Positions 9,721 to 20,191 of a stretch of 64,000 nucleotides of DNA are shown here, piece by piece. The stretch spans positions 20,629 to 84,628 of the forward strand of contig DAIDBH010000013.1 of NCBI GenBank assembly GCA_027310185.1, in the 5' to 3' direction. This DNA is from Thermoplasmatales archaeon. Lineage in GTDB: Archaea > Thermoplasmatota > Thermoplasmata > Thermoplasmatales > Thermoplasmataceae. The position numbers and the translations under genes were made by a program. Within the stretch, counting starts at the first letter, position 1. Each line of letters starts with the position of its first letter. The notes under the pieces are model-generated. The model was not told the origin of the DNA, did no database searches, and was given only the letters and a program-made list of their open reading frames with translations.

Positions 9721-10611
9721 TTATTCACCAGATTGTAGATGAGGCATTTTGTCTCTAAGTGCGATTATAGTTGTTAACAGACCGCTTCCAATTAGGAATG
9801 ACCCACCTGTAAGAGTAAAGGTATTGGGTACTTGTTTCAGGAATGCCAGTGCAAATATGATTGCAAAGACAGGATCGAGATAACTCAGGATAGATACTAT
9901 CTGAACATTAAGGTTCTTCATAGAATCATACCAGAGGAATAGGGCCAGAACTGTTTGAACGAGAGCCGAGAATATGGCTATATATGCGTCATTAACGCTG
10001 AATGAGAATTTTATAATTAAAATAAAGGGAAATAGGACCAATGATGAAATTAAGACCTGGAAGAATACAAGGTTTATTGGATTTACATATCTGGATGAAT
10101 GTTTACTAACTATTGAGAGTAAGCCATAAGTTATTCCTGAAAGTACTGCTGAAAGTAGTCCTAAAGGATTGAGATAAAGAGTGCCCACTGACATAATCAA
10201 TATTCCAGAGAATGACAAAAGTATGTTTATCAGGCTGAAGGTGCTGATTCTTTCCTTGACAAGAGGTGATAGTAATATGGCAATAACGGGACCGGAGTAA
10301 TAGAATATTATGGCCTCTGAGACTGGAATAAGATTCACCGCATAAAAGAGGAAAACCCAATTTGCAGCAAGTAATAGTCCAGATAGAATGATGAATGGAT
10401 CGGAGAGAAAATTATAGGTTGATCTGAGTTCTTTCCTTAAAAGGAAATAGAGCACAGCTGATGAAATTACAACACGGAAAAAAACAAAAATTGGAGATGG
10501 AAGATATGACCATACGGCCAATACAGGGATAGAACCCCAGATTACGGTAGACAGTACAATTTCAGAAAGCCCCTTCTCTTTTTTTGAAAAATCGATCGAA
10601 CCACCTTTCAA
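9721..10611 (-). CDS. EamA/DMT family transporter
   Basis: About 10 TM segments, two EamA-like halves, YLDPVFAII, LVKERIS. Confidence 0.88.
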   Translation of the reverse strand: MKGGSIDFSKKEKGLSEIVLSTVIWGSIPVLAVWSYLPSPIFVFFRVVISSAVLYFLLRKELRSTYNFLSDPFIILSGLLLAANWVFLFYAVNLIPVSEAIIFYYSGPVIAILLSPLVKERISTFSLINILLSFSGILIMSVGTLYLNPLGLLSAVLSGITYGLLSIVSKHSSRYVNPINLVFFQVLISSLVLFPFILIIKFSFSVNDAYIAIFSALVQTVLALFLWYDSMKNLNVQIVSILSYLDPVFAIIFALAFLKQVPNTFTLTGGSFLIGSGLLTTIIALRDKMPHLQSGE

Positions 10612-10695
10612 CTGTTATTAACTCAATAGAGTTAAATATTTAGTTCCGGGAATTTTCTTCTTTTATTAATTCCTTACAATCACCACGTATCAAAT

Positions 10696-12276
10696 TTAAT
10701 TTCTTACCTTTACAGCCACGCCTTTATTTGTATTTATCATAACTTCTTGGCTCATTTTTGCAATACCGGTACCTCTCACTGAACCATTGTGATGGATAAC
10801 AACCTCATCCTCCTGTCTCACATCCTGTGTGCAATTCTTCACTCCCATTGCATAAATGCTTGCAGTAGGCTTGAAGTCGTCAATTTCCACAAGGAATCTT
10901 CCCTCTTTGATGAATAATTCTGATGCATTCTTATGTATTGTAAGCTTCCCCAGTTTTTCGTTGTATACAAAAAATGGCCTGTTTCCATCTACCAGCATGA
11001 ACTGGTTGAACATCCTGTTGATCCTCAGACCATCTACAAATGGCTCTATCCAGTCACCAAACTGGTATCTTGCTATTGAAACCAGTTTTTCCTTCATGAA
11101 ATCCCTTCTAACTCCTGAATTCTCACCTGCACGAATTTGAGATATTCTCTCCTTGAGCTGGTCAAACTGGTTATCCGCACCCTTTTTCCACAGAATGAAA
11201 TCATCACCAAGATTCAATCTTTCCTTTACGAACAGCATATCCTCAGGAAGGAAGAAAATTGTATTTCTATATTGATTCTTAGATATGAATGACTTGATTG
11301 AGTTGATAATATTCTCCTTTTCTTCCAAGAACCAGTTGCCTGTTACCGGAATATCGTAGAATCCGGCAGGATATGTTTCTTCCAGTTCCCGTGGAACAAG
11401 GGTTATGGGAGAGGTAACAATCACTTCGTTAATATGCTTCCTGAGCGATCCAAGTGCCTCAAATATTTCCCTGTGTGATTTAGAAGTTGAATATGGTTTC
11501 CTGGCAGAGCACGGAAGGAAAAGGACGGTTTCCAGATTGTTTGGTTTCCTGTATTCCTCCAGTACGTACCTGTTGAATCTTGCGATGTCTGGTCTGTTAA
11601 GAGATTCCAATCCACCTGCTATAACTGATGCCGTGGTTCTTGGATAAACTTTCTCAAATTCTGTTGATTTTTCATCGACCAGCATCCTCATTATCTCCCT
11701 TGCCTTGGAACTTATATTCCACCTTTCCACCATTTCCATCAGCGTCATTGATTCGACACCCTTTCTCAGTAGGTATACTAGATCTTGAAGGAATTCTCCG
11801 TTTGCATTACTGCTGTCGTTCCCATTGCGGAGTCTTCCCATCATTGTATATAGTGTTCCATGTGAACCTTCAATCTCTGCGTTGATATTGTCAAACAGAT
11901 CTATTCCGAGCATGAAGAGTTGTGGGAGTAGGTAAGGATCTGAGATCCCGGGAATGTATAGAAGTTTGTCATATCCTACATTCTTCTTTAGTTCCAGTAT
12001 GAGGTTAACTGTCTGCCTGCTTCTCTTGAGAAAGAATGGATTAATCAGTGGTATCACAAAGTTTTCTGTTTCGGCGATAATTATATTTTTTTTTCCAATG
12101 TTTATGACTCTTTTTGTTGCCTTCTCCCCCATTAAAGAGATTTGGTCTTCATTTATCTGTATTGTGTCATTTCCAATGACTAATGGAAATTCAACCTCTT
12201 TACCCTTTATATCAACGGAACCACATCTTGAATATGCAAAGAATGACTGAGACTTTATCACTGAAGGTGATGACAT
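10696..12276 (-). CDS. arcS: Archaeosine synthase alpha subunit (DUF5591 + PUA)
   Basis: LPCSARKPYSTSKSH, TSP..LVPRELE..YP...YDIPVTGNW, YQFG, C-terminal PUA domain ending KGVAVKVR. Confidence 0.9.
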   Translation of the reverse strand: MSSPSVIKSQSFFAYSRCGSVDIKGKEVEFPLVIGNDTIQINEDQISLMGEKATKRVINIGKKNIIIAETENFVIPLINPFFLKRSRQTVNLILELKKNVGYDKLLYIPGISDPYLLPQLFMLGIDLFDNINAEIEGSHGTLYTMMGRLRNGNDSSNANGEFLQDLVYLLRKGVESMTLMEMVERWNISSKAREIMRMLVDEKSTEFEKVYPRTTASVIAGGLESLNRPDIARFNRYVLEEYRKPNNLETVLFLPCSARKPYSTSKSHREIFEALGSLRKHINEVIVTSPITLVPRELEETYPAGFYDIPVTGNWFLEEKENIINSIKSFISKNQYRNTIFFLPEDMLFVKERLNLGDDFILWKKGADNQFDQLKERISQIRAGENSGVRRDFMKEKLVSIARYQFGDWIEPFVDGLRINRMFNQFMLVDGNRPFFVYNEKLGKLTIHKNASELFIKEGRFLVEIDDFKPTASIYAMGVKNCTQDVRQEDEVVIHHNGSVRGTGIAKMSQEVMINTNKGVAVKVRN

Positions 12277-12375
12277 GCATTTAAAAAAGAGTTGCCATAA
12301 TTCCAGATCAAAATGTATGTGGCTTCCATTGAATAACCCGGAATATCTATAAATATAAGGGTAGAATGTTAGATT

Positions 12376-13455
12376 ATGGGCGTAAGCGATATTTTTAATT
12401 TTGCCAGGGAAAGCGAGGCCATTCTGATCATTAATGGCGGAGAAAATTCTCTTGATAAGACATTCCAGTACATAACTAAGGCACCTGGAGGAGTATTTGA
12501 GGGATCGTTCATTGTTGCAAGGCCTGAGGGATCAACCATTTATACTTCTATCCTTGAGGAGGAAACAGCCAAAAGGACGGGTCTGGAAGTTAAGATATTC
12601 AAGACTCGACAGGAATATGAAACGATGATGAGAGATGGACTAAAGAAATATAACACTGTTGGACTGAACTATGCATCTCTATCGCTTGAAAATTATAAGA
12701 ATTTACTCAGGATCATTCCTGATAAGGACTTTGTTGATGTTTCAGTTTCCATAAAGGAGGCAAGAATCATAAAGGACAGTGTTGAAATTAATTACCTGAA
12801 GGAAGCAGCAAAGATTGCCAGTGATTCCATCGATGCAGTCCACCTTTCCCTTAAGGAAGGGATGACAGAGAAGGAGGTGGCAGCAAGAGTGGTATATGAA
12901 ATGATGAAGAATGGTGCAGATGGACCATCCTTTTCCACAATAGTTGCCTTCGGAGAAAATGCTTCACAACCACATTATTCTCCAGGACTGAGGAAACTGA
13001 AAAAAGGAGATGGAGTACTGATAGATTACGGCGCATTATACAACGATTACTGTTCTGATATAACCAGAACAGTCTGTTTTGGAAGAGCCTCTGAAGAGCT
13101 GAAAGAGGTGTATGAAGTTGTTTACAGAGCCCAGTCTGAATCAATGAAGCTAATCAGGGCAGATGCCAACGGTAAGGATGTGGATATAAAGGCCAGGAAC
13201 GTGATTGATTCGACAAAATACAAGGGGCGCTTCATTCATTCACTTGGTCATGGGATTGGGCTGGATGTTCATGATCACAGTGCTCTTTCCTATACTCTGG
13301 ACTTTCCACTCAAGGAAAATATGGCCATAACGAATGAACCTGGAATTTATCTTCCAGGTAAACTCGGAGTCAGAATAGAGGATGATGTCATAGTGAAGAA
13401 GGACGGTTGTGAGGTTATCTCACATGGAGCAACAAAGGAACTGAAGGAGCTATGA
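12376..13455 (+). CDS. Xaa-Pro aminopeptidase/prolidase (M24B)
   Basis: DYGALYNDYCSDITRT, HSLGHGIGLDVHD, NEPGIY, GVRIEDD. Confidence 0.93.
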   Translation: MGVSDIFNFARESEAILIINGGENSLDKTFQYITKAPGGVFEGSFIVARPEGSTIYTSILEEETAKRTGLEVKIFKTRQEYETMMRDGLKKYNTVGLNYASLSLENYKNLLRIIPDKDFVDVSVSIKEARIIKDSVEINYLKEAAKIASDSIDAVHLSLKEGMTEKEVAARVVYEMMKNGADGPSFSTIVAFGENASQPHYSPGLRKLKKGDGVLIDYGALYNDYCSDITRTVCFGRASEELKEVYEVVYRAQSESMKLIRADANGKDVDIKARNVIDSTKYKGRFIHSLGHGIGLDVHDHSALSYTLDFPLKENMAITNEPGIYLPGKLGVRIEDDVIVKKDGCEVISHGATKELKEL

Positions 13456-15002
13456 GAACAAGACCAGATATAATGTCTCTCAGTGCCATGGTGTCCACGT
13501 CAAGCATTCATGCCTCGAGAACCGGTATAAAGGTGCTTGAGGATGGAGGCAATATAGCTGATGCTGCCATAGCAACAAGTGCTGTTCTTGCCGTGACTCA
13601 GAATAATCTTTGTGGGCTTGGAGGGGATGGATTCGCACTGTTAAGAATGAATGGAAAGATCATTTCGATTAACAGCAGTGGTAAATCGTCAAGAAATATA
13701 GATACTGAAGCATATGTTAAGAAAGGCATGAACTCTATTCCATATATGGGCCCAATGGCTGCAATCACTGTACCTGGTCTTGTGGGTCTCTGGGAAGAAC
13801 TAGAAAAGCATACTTCAATGGATATCAAGGAATTGCTCAAATATGCCATTAAGGTAGCCAGAGAGGGATTTCCTGTAACACATAATTATGCACGATCAAT
13901 TGAAGTCACCCTCAAGAGGACCAAGGACAGGAATTTCAGGGAGACATTTTCCGGCAACGGTCTTCCTCCACTGCAGGGTGATGTCTTCTTCCAGGAGGAT
14001 CTTGCAACAACAATTGAATCACTGTCCAATGATGGACTGGATTCTTTTTACAGGGGGAATTTTGCTGATAAACTTACAAAGGCTTTTAAGAAAAGTGAAG
14101 TAGTTATAGATGAATATGATCTTTCAAAACACAGAGCTATTGTTCAGGAACCACTCAAATCAATGTATGAAGACAGGGTTGTTTATGAATTGCCACCAAA
14201 CAGTCAGGGAGCCACAGTAAATTTCAACCTCAATTCTTTAAAATTCATGGGGGATGATGATCTATCCAATGAAGAAAAGATAATGAAAAGCCACCTGATA
14301 GCAAATAGATTCAGGAGGACTTACATTGGAGATCCAGAAAAGATGCCACTTCCTTCCAGTTACCTGGATGAATCTTTCTACTGGAAAGTTGTGGATAGCC
14401 AGGGAGGTAATAATCCAGCATCAGGAAAGGATGGCGATACTACCTATTTCACCATAGCAAACACAGAGGGAGATGCGATATCGATGATTCAGAGCAATTA
14501 TACAGGCTTTGGATCTACCGTTGTTCCCGAGGGAACTGGCTTCTCCATGCAGAACAGGGGATCTTATTTTTCACTTGATCCAGCTCACCACAATTTCCTT
14601 CAGCCTGAGAAGAGAACATTCCACACACTATGTGCAGGGATGATTGAAAGAAATGGTGAATTTGAATATTCTATAGGCACAATGGGAGGTGACATACAGC
14701 CCCAGGTTCACGTCAACAAGATCCACGAAATGATAGATCTAGGGTTGACCCCACAGGAAGCAATCGACCTGCCAAGAATAAATATACCTGCAAACATATA
14801 CGAAGAACCGGATCTACTAATATTTGAGGAAGGCGCATCATTCAGTTATGATCTGTCAAAATATTTCAAGAGGATGAGACAGACCCCCTATCTGGACAGT
14901 TCCCATGGGCATTGCCAGATAATAAAGAGAGGGGAGAATGGAGTTTTATTCGGAGGCGCAGATCCCAGAGGTGATGGCTTTGCACTATCACCATTATTTT
15001 AA
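13452..15002 (+). CDS. ggt: Gamma-glutamyltransferase family protein
   Basis: GGNIADAAIA, GLGGDGF, VPG, autocleavage DTTYF, QNRG, GTMGG, GADPRGDG. Confidence 0.93.
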   Translation: MRTRPDIMSLSAMVSTSSIHASRTGIKVLEDGGNIADAAIATSAVLAVTQNNLCGLGGDGFALLRMNGKIISINSSGKSSRNIDTEAYVKKGMNSIPYMGPMAAITVPGLVGLWEELEKHTSMDIKELLKYAIKVAREGFPVTHNYARSIEVTLKRTKDRNFRETFSGNGLPPLQGDVFFQEDLATTIESLSNDGLDSFYRGNFADKLTKAFKKSEVVIDEYDLSKHRAIVQEPLKSMYEDRVVYELPPNSQGATVNFNLNSLKFMGDDDLSNEEKIMKSHLIANRFRRTYIGDPEKMPLPSSYLDESFYWKVVDSQGGNNPASGKDGDTTYFTIANTEGDAISMIQSNYTGFGSTVVPEGTGFSMQNRGSYFSLDPAHHNFLQPEKRTFHTLCAGMIERNGEFEYSIGTMGGDIQPQVHVNKIHEMIDLGLTPQEAIDLPRINIPANIYEEPDLLIFEEGASFSYDLSKYFKRMRQTPYLDSSHGHCQIIKRGENGVLFGGADPRGDGFALSPLF

Positions 15003-15158
15003 ATTACCGAAATAATGATTGCTTTGAATGATATTGACCTGGCATCTTTTAAACGCTGAAAAATAGAAAATAGTTAAGGACAGGGTAAAAGATTTCCCAT
15101 AAAACATGGAGATACCTTTTCAATAAGATTAAATCCCATTTTTAACTTAAGTATATCT

Positions 15159-16145
15159 ATGCTGGACTCGGAAGACATTTCATACAAAGAAGTGAATGGG
15201 ATGATCAACGAGTTCAATGATCGGAACGCTGAGTATGTTGACATTGTCCTCAGGATTTTAGACAACATTGATGAACAGTTAAAATCAAAGAACTTTAAGG
15301 TCAGAGGATTGGAATGGAATAAATACAGCGACTGGAAATTACTGCTGCCATTTATCATGAAGGCCATAGATTACCCTGTCTTTTCAAACAGGTTCATAAA
15401 CTCATGCAGGGTGTCTTATGAAGATTATCTTGATTCCATGGAAAACAGTGAAATAGAGTCAAAATCTGCTGAATTTGGCATATTTATCACCTATGATAGG
15501 GAGATCAATCAGTTCAAGGTACCAATATTTGAGTTCACAAAGTACTGTTCAAAAATCTCTGGGTTTGAATACAGGCTGACCTTCCAGTCCTTTTATGGCG
15601 GTGATGTAATAATCGGCAAAAATGCTGTTATTAAAATGCTGAGGGAGTACTTCGCAGTTCAGCTAAGAGAGGAAACTTCAGGGATAGATTCAGATAGGGC
15701 AAGACAGATACTTTCCCCATTCAGTGATAGAATAGAGAAAATAAGGGCAGTTCTTCAGGAACAGAGCAAGACTACGGATCTCGGAAGTATTGACTCATCT
15801 TGCTTCCCACCCTGTATCATTCACTTTATGAATGATATTAGAGGCGGTGTTAATTTGCCACATCTTGCAAGATTCACAGTGGTTTCATTTCTGAACAACA
15901 TTGGCATGAATGAACAGGGAATCATTGAATCATTTGGTACCGTCCCTGATTTTAGCAAAAAAGTTACAGAGTATCAGGTCAGACACATAATTGGAGAAAT
16001 ATCCGGTACCAAATATTCTCCACCTAAATGTGTTACACTTAGGTCAAATCACCTGTGTTACTGGGATGATGATGAGTTATGCCATAAAGAATTCATGACC
16101 CATCCGCTTACCTATTACAAAATGAAGAAAAAAGCTAAGAAATAG
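15159..16145 (+). CDS. priL: DNA primase large subunit
   Basis: FPPCI, NLPHLARF, PDF....TEYQVRHI, YSPPKC..L....LC, HPL.YY (Fe-S domain cysteines). Confidence 0.92.
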   Translation: MLDSEDISYKEVNGMINEFNDRNAEYVDIVLRILDNIDEQLKSKNFKVRGLEWNKYSDWKLLLPFIMKAIDYPVFSNRFINSCRVSYEDYLDSMENSEIESKSAEFGIFITYDREINQFKVPIFEFTKYCSKISGFEYRLTFQSFYGGDVIIGKNAVIKMLREYFAVQLREETSGIDSDRARQILSPFSDRIEKIRAVLQEQSKTTDLGSIDSSCFPPCIIHFMNDIRGGVNLPHLARFTVVSFLNNIGMNEQGIIESFGTVPDFSKKVTEYQVRHIIGEISGTKYSPPKCVTLRSNHLCYWDDDELCHKEFMTHPLTYYKMKKKAKK

Positions 16146-16146
16146 A

Positions 16147-16398
16147 TTAGAGCTTTCTCTCTATCATCTTGATAACGGTTCCTTTTTTGAGGTTGCTTTC
16201 GATGCTGTATATATTGCATTTTTCATAGGGTACCCTTGGGTAGTAACCCTCCCTGATTTCATAATCAATACGGAGTGCTTTAAGAATATCCTGTAACTTC
16301 TGGTCAGAAAATTTTTTTGCGGCTTCAACAGGTATCTTCCTGCCAAGCCTTCTACTGTTTTTTGGATTAAAATATTGAGAGTATAATGTTACTTTCAT
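16147..16398 (-). CDS. srp19: Signal recognition particle 19 kDa protein
   Basis: YF....SRRLGRKIP and YPR motifs; next to rps8e as usual in archaea. Confidence 0.88.
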   Translation of the reverse strand: MKVTLYSQYFNPKNSRRLGRKIPVEAAKKFSDQKLQDILKALRIDYEIREGYYPRVPYEKCNIYSIESNLKKGTVIKMIERKL

Positions 16399-16772
16399 AG
16401 AAGAACAGCGTTAATTACTCCGTCCTGTCCCGGTCTTGAAGTAATCCTTGCTTCGCCTATTTCCGTTACGATAATGGTACCTTTGTTCATCAGGTTCCTC
16501 TGCACATAGTGTGGGTTTGCAGGATTCGCTTTCACTGTCTTGATCTGTGACTTTGTTGTTTTCTTCTGTTTTGAATCATATACGTTTGCAAAGTTATCAT
16601 TCAATAGGGTTGCCTTCAGATTTCCTCCCCTTATCCTGAGAACTTTTCTCTGTGTTGGATTTACTCTCGTAAATGTAGGTTCCCTACCTATTTCTGATCT
16701 CCTCTTTGCCCTGTATTGTTTGTATCTTCCACCTGTAAATTTTTTAGATGATCTTCCTTGAAATCGACCCAA
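16395..16772 (-). CDS. rps8e: 30S ribosomal protein S8e
   Basis: QGRS.KK.TGGR, RGGN.K, NPAN, ITSRPGQDGVINAVL; TTG start. Confidence 0.97.
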   Translation of the reverse strand: MGRFQGRSSKKFTGGRYKQYRAKRRSEIGREPTFTRVNPTQRKVLRIRGGNLKATLLNDNFANVYDSKQKKTTKSQIKTVKANPANPHYVQRNLMNKGTIIVTEIGEARITSRPGQDGVINAVLL

Positions 16773-16909
16773 TGTTCCACCTTTTTTTCCACATAGCTAA
16801 AAGGTTTTAAAGTTTTTCTATTTAAACTTGGTATGTTCAGGCTATAACAAAAGGAATAATGATCAACCCCAAACTATGGAAAAGCAGAGAAAATAAGAAT
16901 ATTATTCGT

Positions 16910-18220
16910 TCAGGTAAGAGATTTTCCCCTTGTTTCAGGAGCCAGAACCATTGTGAAGCCGAATCCTATTATCTCGAATATTGCAAAGAAAAGAAGACCA
17001 TAGGTTATGTTCAACCCACTTATGAGAATCGGAAACGCGAACACTCCGAGAATGGCCCCTAATCTTGAAGCGGCGGTTGATACTCCCATAGCTGTACCCC
17101 TTATCCTTGTTGGAAATATTTCTGCTGGATACAGATAGGTTATGTTTGTTGGTCCTGTGTTATGGAAGAAATGCATCAGTGCAAATGCAGAGAAGATCAT
17201 TATGAATGGAAGCACAGAGTGGAATGATATGATGCCAAATGCAATTAGAGATATTCCAGCAAGCAGAAATCCTGTGGACTCAAGCTTCTTTCTTCCCACC
17301 TTGTCTATCGCTAGAAGGCAGACAATTGTTCCCGCAAACACTGGAATCTCTTCTAGCAGTGTTGAAATAATGGTTGCTACGTAGGATGATCCTTCCTGGA
17401 TGAAAAGCGAAGGTGTGTAATTCCAGACACCGTAACTTGCAACATCGTAACAGAACCATGCTACAGAAGTGAACAGTATCAGGCGATAAACTCCATTCCT
17501 TCCCCTCATTTCTGATTGTCCTTTTTGTACTTCTGGTGGCGAAACTCTTTCCTTTGTACTCAGCGACTTGACCTCATTCACCACAGTTTCCGCTTCTTTC
17601 TCAGAACCATTCAGCATTAACCAATACGGGCTTTCCGGAATATTTCTCCTTGAGATAATTACAATCAATGGAATAATCGCTCCTGTAATGTACATAATTC
17701 TCCATGAAATATCTCCAAAATTCAGTACTATGGGTATGGAGATGACATAGAAAGCAATGGAACCAAATGTCCAGGAGAATATATTGAAGACCAGCAACCT
17801 TCCTCTTGTTTTCTTTGGGGAAAACTCAGCCTGAATGGATGAACTTATGGGATAATCTGCACCGATTCCCAAACCTGCAAGGATTTGAAATGCTACAAAT
17901 TCTATGAAATTATGTGAAAGACCTGTAAGTATGAGAAAAACTGCCGTGATTAGTAAATCGTACACATAGATTCTCTTCCTGCCAAGCAGGTCCGATAGCC
18001 TTCCAAGAATTATGCTTCCAAAGAACATTCCTATGTAAATAGATGAGGCTGCTATGGATGTAATTATAGCAATGCTCAGGAAGCTGTATTTAAGATAAAT
18101 ATATGCACTAGAAAATATGGATAATGCATATCCGTCCATGAATACGCCCATTGATGAGAGGATTGTTATAACCCATATTTTCCTTGAAAGAACTACATTT
18201 TCAAAGTCGATGTTTTCCAA
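16910..18220 (-). CDS. MFS transporter, sugar-porter-like
   Basis: DGY, GRLSDLLGRK, GIGADYP, PESP, EIFPTRIRG, PETRGKSL. Confidence 0.92.
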   Translation of the reverse strand: MENIDFENVVLSRKIWVITILSSMGVFMDGYALSIFSSAYIYLKYSFLSIAIITSIAASSIYIGMFFGSIILGRLSDLLGRKRIYVYDLLITAVFLILTGLSHNFIEFVAFQILAGLGIGADYPISSSIQAEFSPKKTRGRLLVFNIFSWTFGSIAFYVISIPIVLNFGDISWRIMYITGAIIPLIVIISRRNIPESPYWLMLNGSEKEAETVVNEVKSLSTKERVSPPEVQKGQSEMRGRNGVYRLILFTSVAWFCYDVASYGVWNYTPSLFIQEGSSYVATIISTLLEEIPVFAGTIVCLLAIDKVGRKKLESTGFLLAGISLIAFGIISFHSVLPFIMIFSAFALMHFFHNTGPTNITYLYPAEIFPTRIRGTAMGVSTAASRLGAILGVFAFPILISGLNITYGLLFFAIFEIIGFGFTMVLAPETRGKSLT

Positions 18221-18259
18221 TGGGTGGTCATTGCAAAATGATAATTAAACTTCTTTACC

Positions 18260-18641
18260 TCATCTTCTTTTGATTATATTTTCAAGATTTTCTAAAATGA
18301 AATTCAATGGTGGCATAGCCCCAAATTTCTTTGTTCTCAACTTGACCATATAATTTTTCAAGGTCGGCACCTGTCTTGTTAATTTCATTTTTAATCCTGC
18401 CTTGTCCATGTTCATTACATGACATGGTATTGCCACGTAGTCTCCCTTATCAAAATAGTCTAAGGCATTATCAGGTGTGACTCTATGCTTTTAAAACCTT
18501 CTCCGGATTATGTGCCATAAATCCATCCATCTGTTTTTTAGCATTCTCCAACTCCTGCTCAATCTGGTCTTTAAATGCCTGTCTTACCTCGCTAAATTTG
18601 TATTCAGACAGAAACTCCTCCTCTTTAAGAAGTTTATTCAT
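18260..18641 (-). pseudogene. Frameshifted small hypothetical gene (MNKLLKEEEF...)
   Basis: ATG at 18641 behind a TATA-like tract; frame stops at 18483 but an open +1 frame (KHRVTPDNALDYFDKGDY...) continues to 18260. Confidence 0.45.
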
Positions 18642-18703
18642 TTCCTTTGCTTTATGTATTAAAAGTTTAAATGTTGTCTTACGGTATTGAACTTTTTGCA
18701 AAG

Positions 18704-18776
18704 GGCCGGGTCCGGGAATTGAACCCGGGTCCGGGGATCCACAGTCCCCAAGGATATCCCCTACCCCAACCCGGCC
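18704..18776 (-). tRNA. tRNA-His(GTG) with encoded G-1
   Basis: GCCGGGT/ACCCGGC acceptor, GGGGA-CTGTGGA-TCCCC anticodon arm, GGTTCAATTCC T arm, C73. Confidence 0.96.
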
Positions 18777-18874
18777 ATGTAACACTGTAATTCTTTAAGA
18801 TATTTTAATCATTCTCAGCGGATCCACTTAAAATGCAGAAAAGACATATTTAAAATGTAACCATATGGGTATTA

Positions 18875-19543
18875 ATGCTTCAACTTAATATAATTGACTC
18901 AGAGCTGGAACTCGTGCCTGAGAAAATGTGCGACGATTATCAGATCAGAAAAATAGCAAACACTAGAGACAAGAGACCAGAAGAAATGATTCTTGATTCT
19001 AACTATATGCATGGTGCCATAGATAGAGCATATCCAGGAAAATCTAATAGAATTGGAAGACCAGACATATTCTATCATCTGCTAAATGTAACACAGGATT
19101 CAATTCTAAACAGATTAGGATATCTGGAAACTGTAATTCACACAAAGAATGATGAGATCATCAGGATAAACAGTGAAACCAGGATGCCAAAGTCGTACAA
19201 TCGATTTATCGGATTGATGGAAAAGCTATTGAAGAATGGAAAAGTGGAATCCCCAGATGGAAAGGCCCTGATGTACGTGGAAAAAGGAAAATGGAATTCT
19301 ATGAATCATGACGATTATGACAGGATACTGCTTTCTCCGAAGGGTAAAAAAACTAGGCCAAGTGACATATTTAGAAATAAGAATAATTACAGTGTATTCA
19401 TAGGAGGTTTCTCGGAAGGGGATTTTGTCAGTCCTGTTTACAGGGAATTGGAACCAATCTCCATATTTGATGATGAATTGACCATATGGACAGTTGGATG
19501 GGAAATAATTTCCAGTATGGAGACCTTAGAAGGGATCAGGTAG
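18875..19543 (+). CDS. nep1: 16S rRNA pseudouridine N1-methyltransferase Nep1
   Basis: ILDSNYMH, GRPDI, TRMPKSYNRFIGLMEKL, IGGF..GDF (SPOUT). Confidence 0.92.
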   Translation: MLQLNIIDSELELVPEKMCDDYQIRKIANTRDKRPEEMILDSNYMHGAIDRAYPGKSNRIGRPDIFYHLLNVTQDSILNRLGYLETVIHTKNDEIIRINSETRMPKSYNRFIGLMEKLLKNGKVESPDGKALMYVEKGKWNSMNHDDYDRILLSPKGKKTRPSDIFRNKNNYSVFIGGFSEGDFVSPVYRELEPISIFDDELTIWTVGWEIISSMETLEGIR

Positions 19544-19590
19544 ATCATTAAACCTAAAATTTATTACTATTCTAATTATAAGGGGTCGAA

Positions 19591-19663
19591 GCGGGTGTGG
19601 TGTAGCCTGGTAACACGCGAGCTTGCCAAGCTCGTGCCTCGGGTTCAAATCCCGGCACCCGCA
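19591..19663 (+). tRNA. tRNA-Gly(GCC)
   Basis: GCGGGTG/CACCCGC acceptor, CGAGC-TTGCCAA-GCTCG anticodon arm, GGTTCAAATCC. Confidence 0.97.
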
Positions 19664-20191
19664 CTAATTTTGATGTCCGTTGATTGATCTGGGGCATAAA
19701 AGACGTTTTGAGATCGATTTTCTTTGTGAAAAAAATTTAAAGGTACGTTGTGAAATATAATAGTTAAAAATTACTTGTTAATCCGTGATTTAGAACTGAA
19801 TAGATAATTACCATATGGTCAGCATTCTGCAGGCGTCGTGTGCTCAGTTGTAAAGGCGGCTTTGAAAAGATTAGATCAATATATCTTTATGCTTCCAGAT
19901 AACTAAATTGGATAGGTATTCAAGTTCTTCATACGTGCTAATGAATTTTCTGAAATTGTAGTTAATGGCCATTTGAAATCGTATCTGGATATTTAGCTTT
20001 AAATAAACAGATGATACATTTCTTCAGTTTTTCCTAAATATTAGTTATGTATACACATAGTTAGTATTAAACTAATATTTAGGTATTTCATTGATTTAAC
20101 AGTATTTTTAGACCTTAATGCATTATATATTTTTTTTATAATATTTTGTGGTTTTTATATAAGGTTATAGGCTCAGGCGTCATGATTAATT

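Noticed and set aside
9476-9742. 88-aa hydrophobic ORF
   Set aside because: Lies in an AT-rich promoter/intergenic region, overlaps the EamA 3' end, composition reflects T-richness
18642-18785. N-terminal extension of the 100-aa ORF 18483..18785
   Set aside because: It is read through the tRNA-His gene; plausible start is 18641
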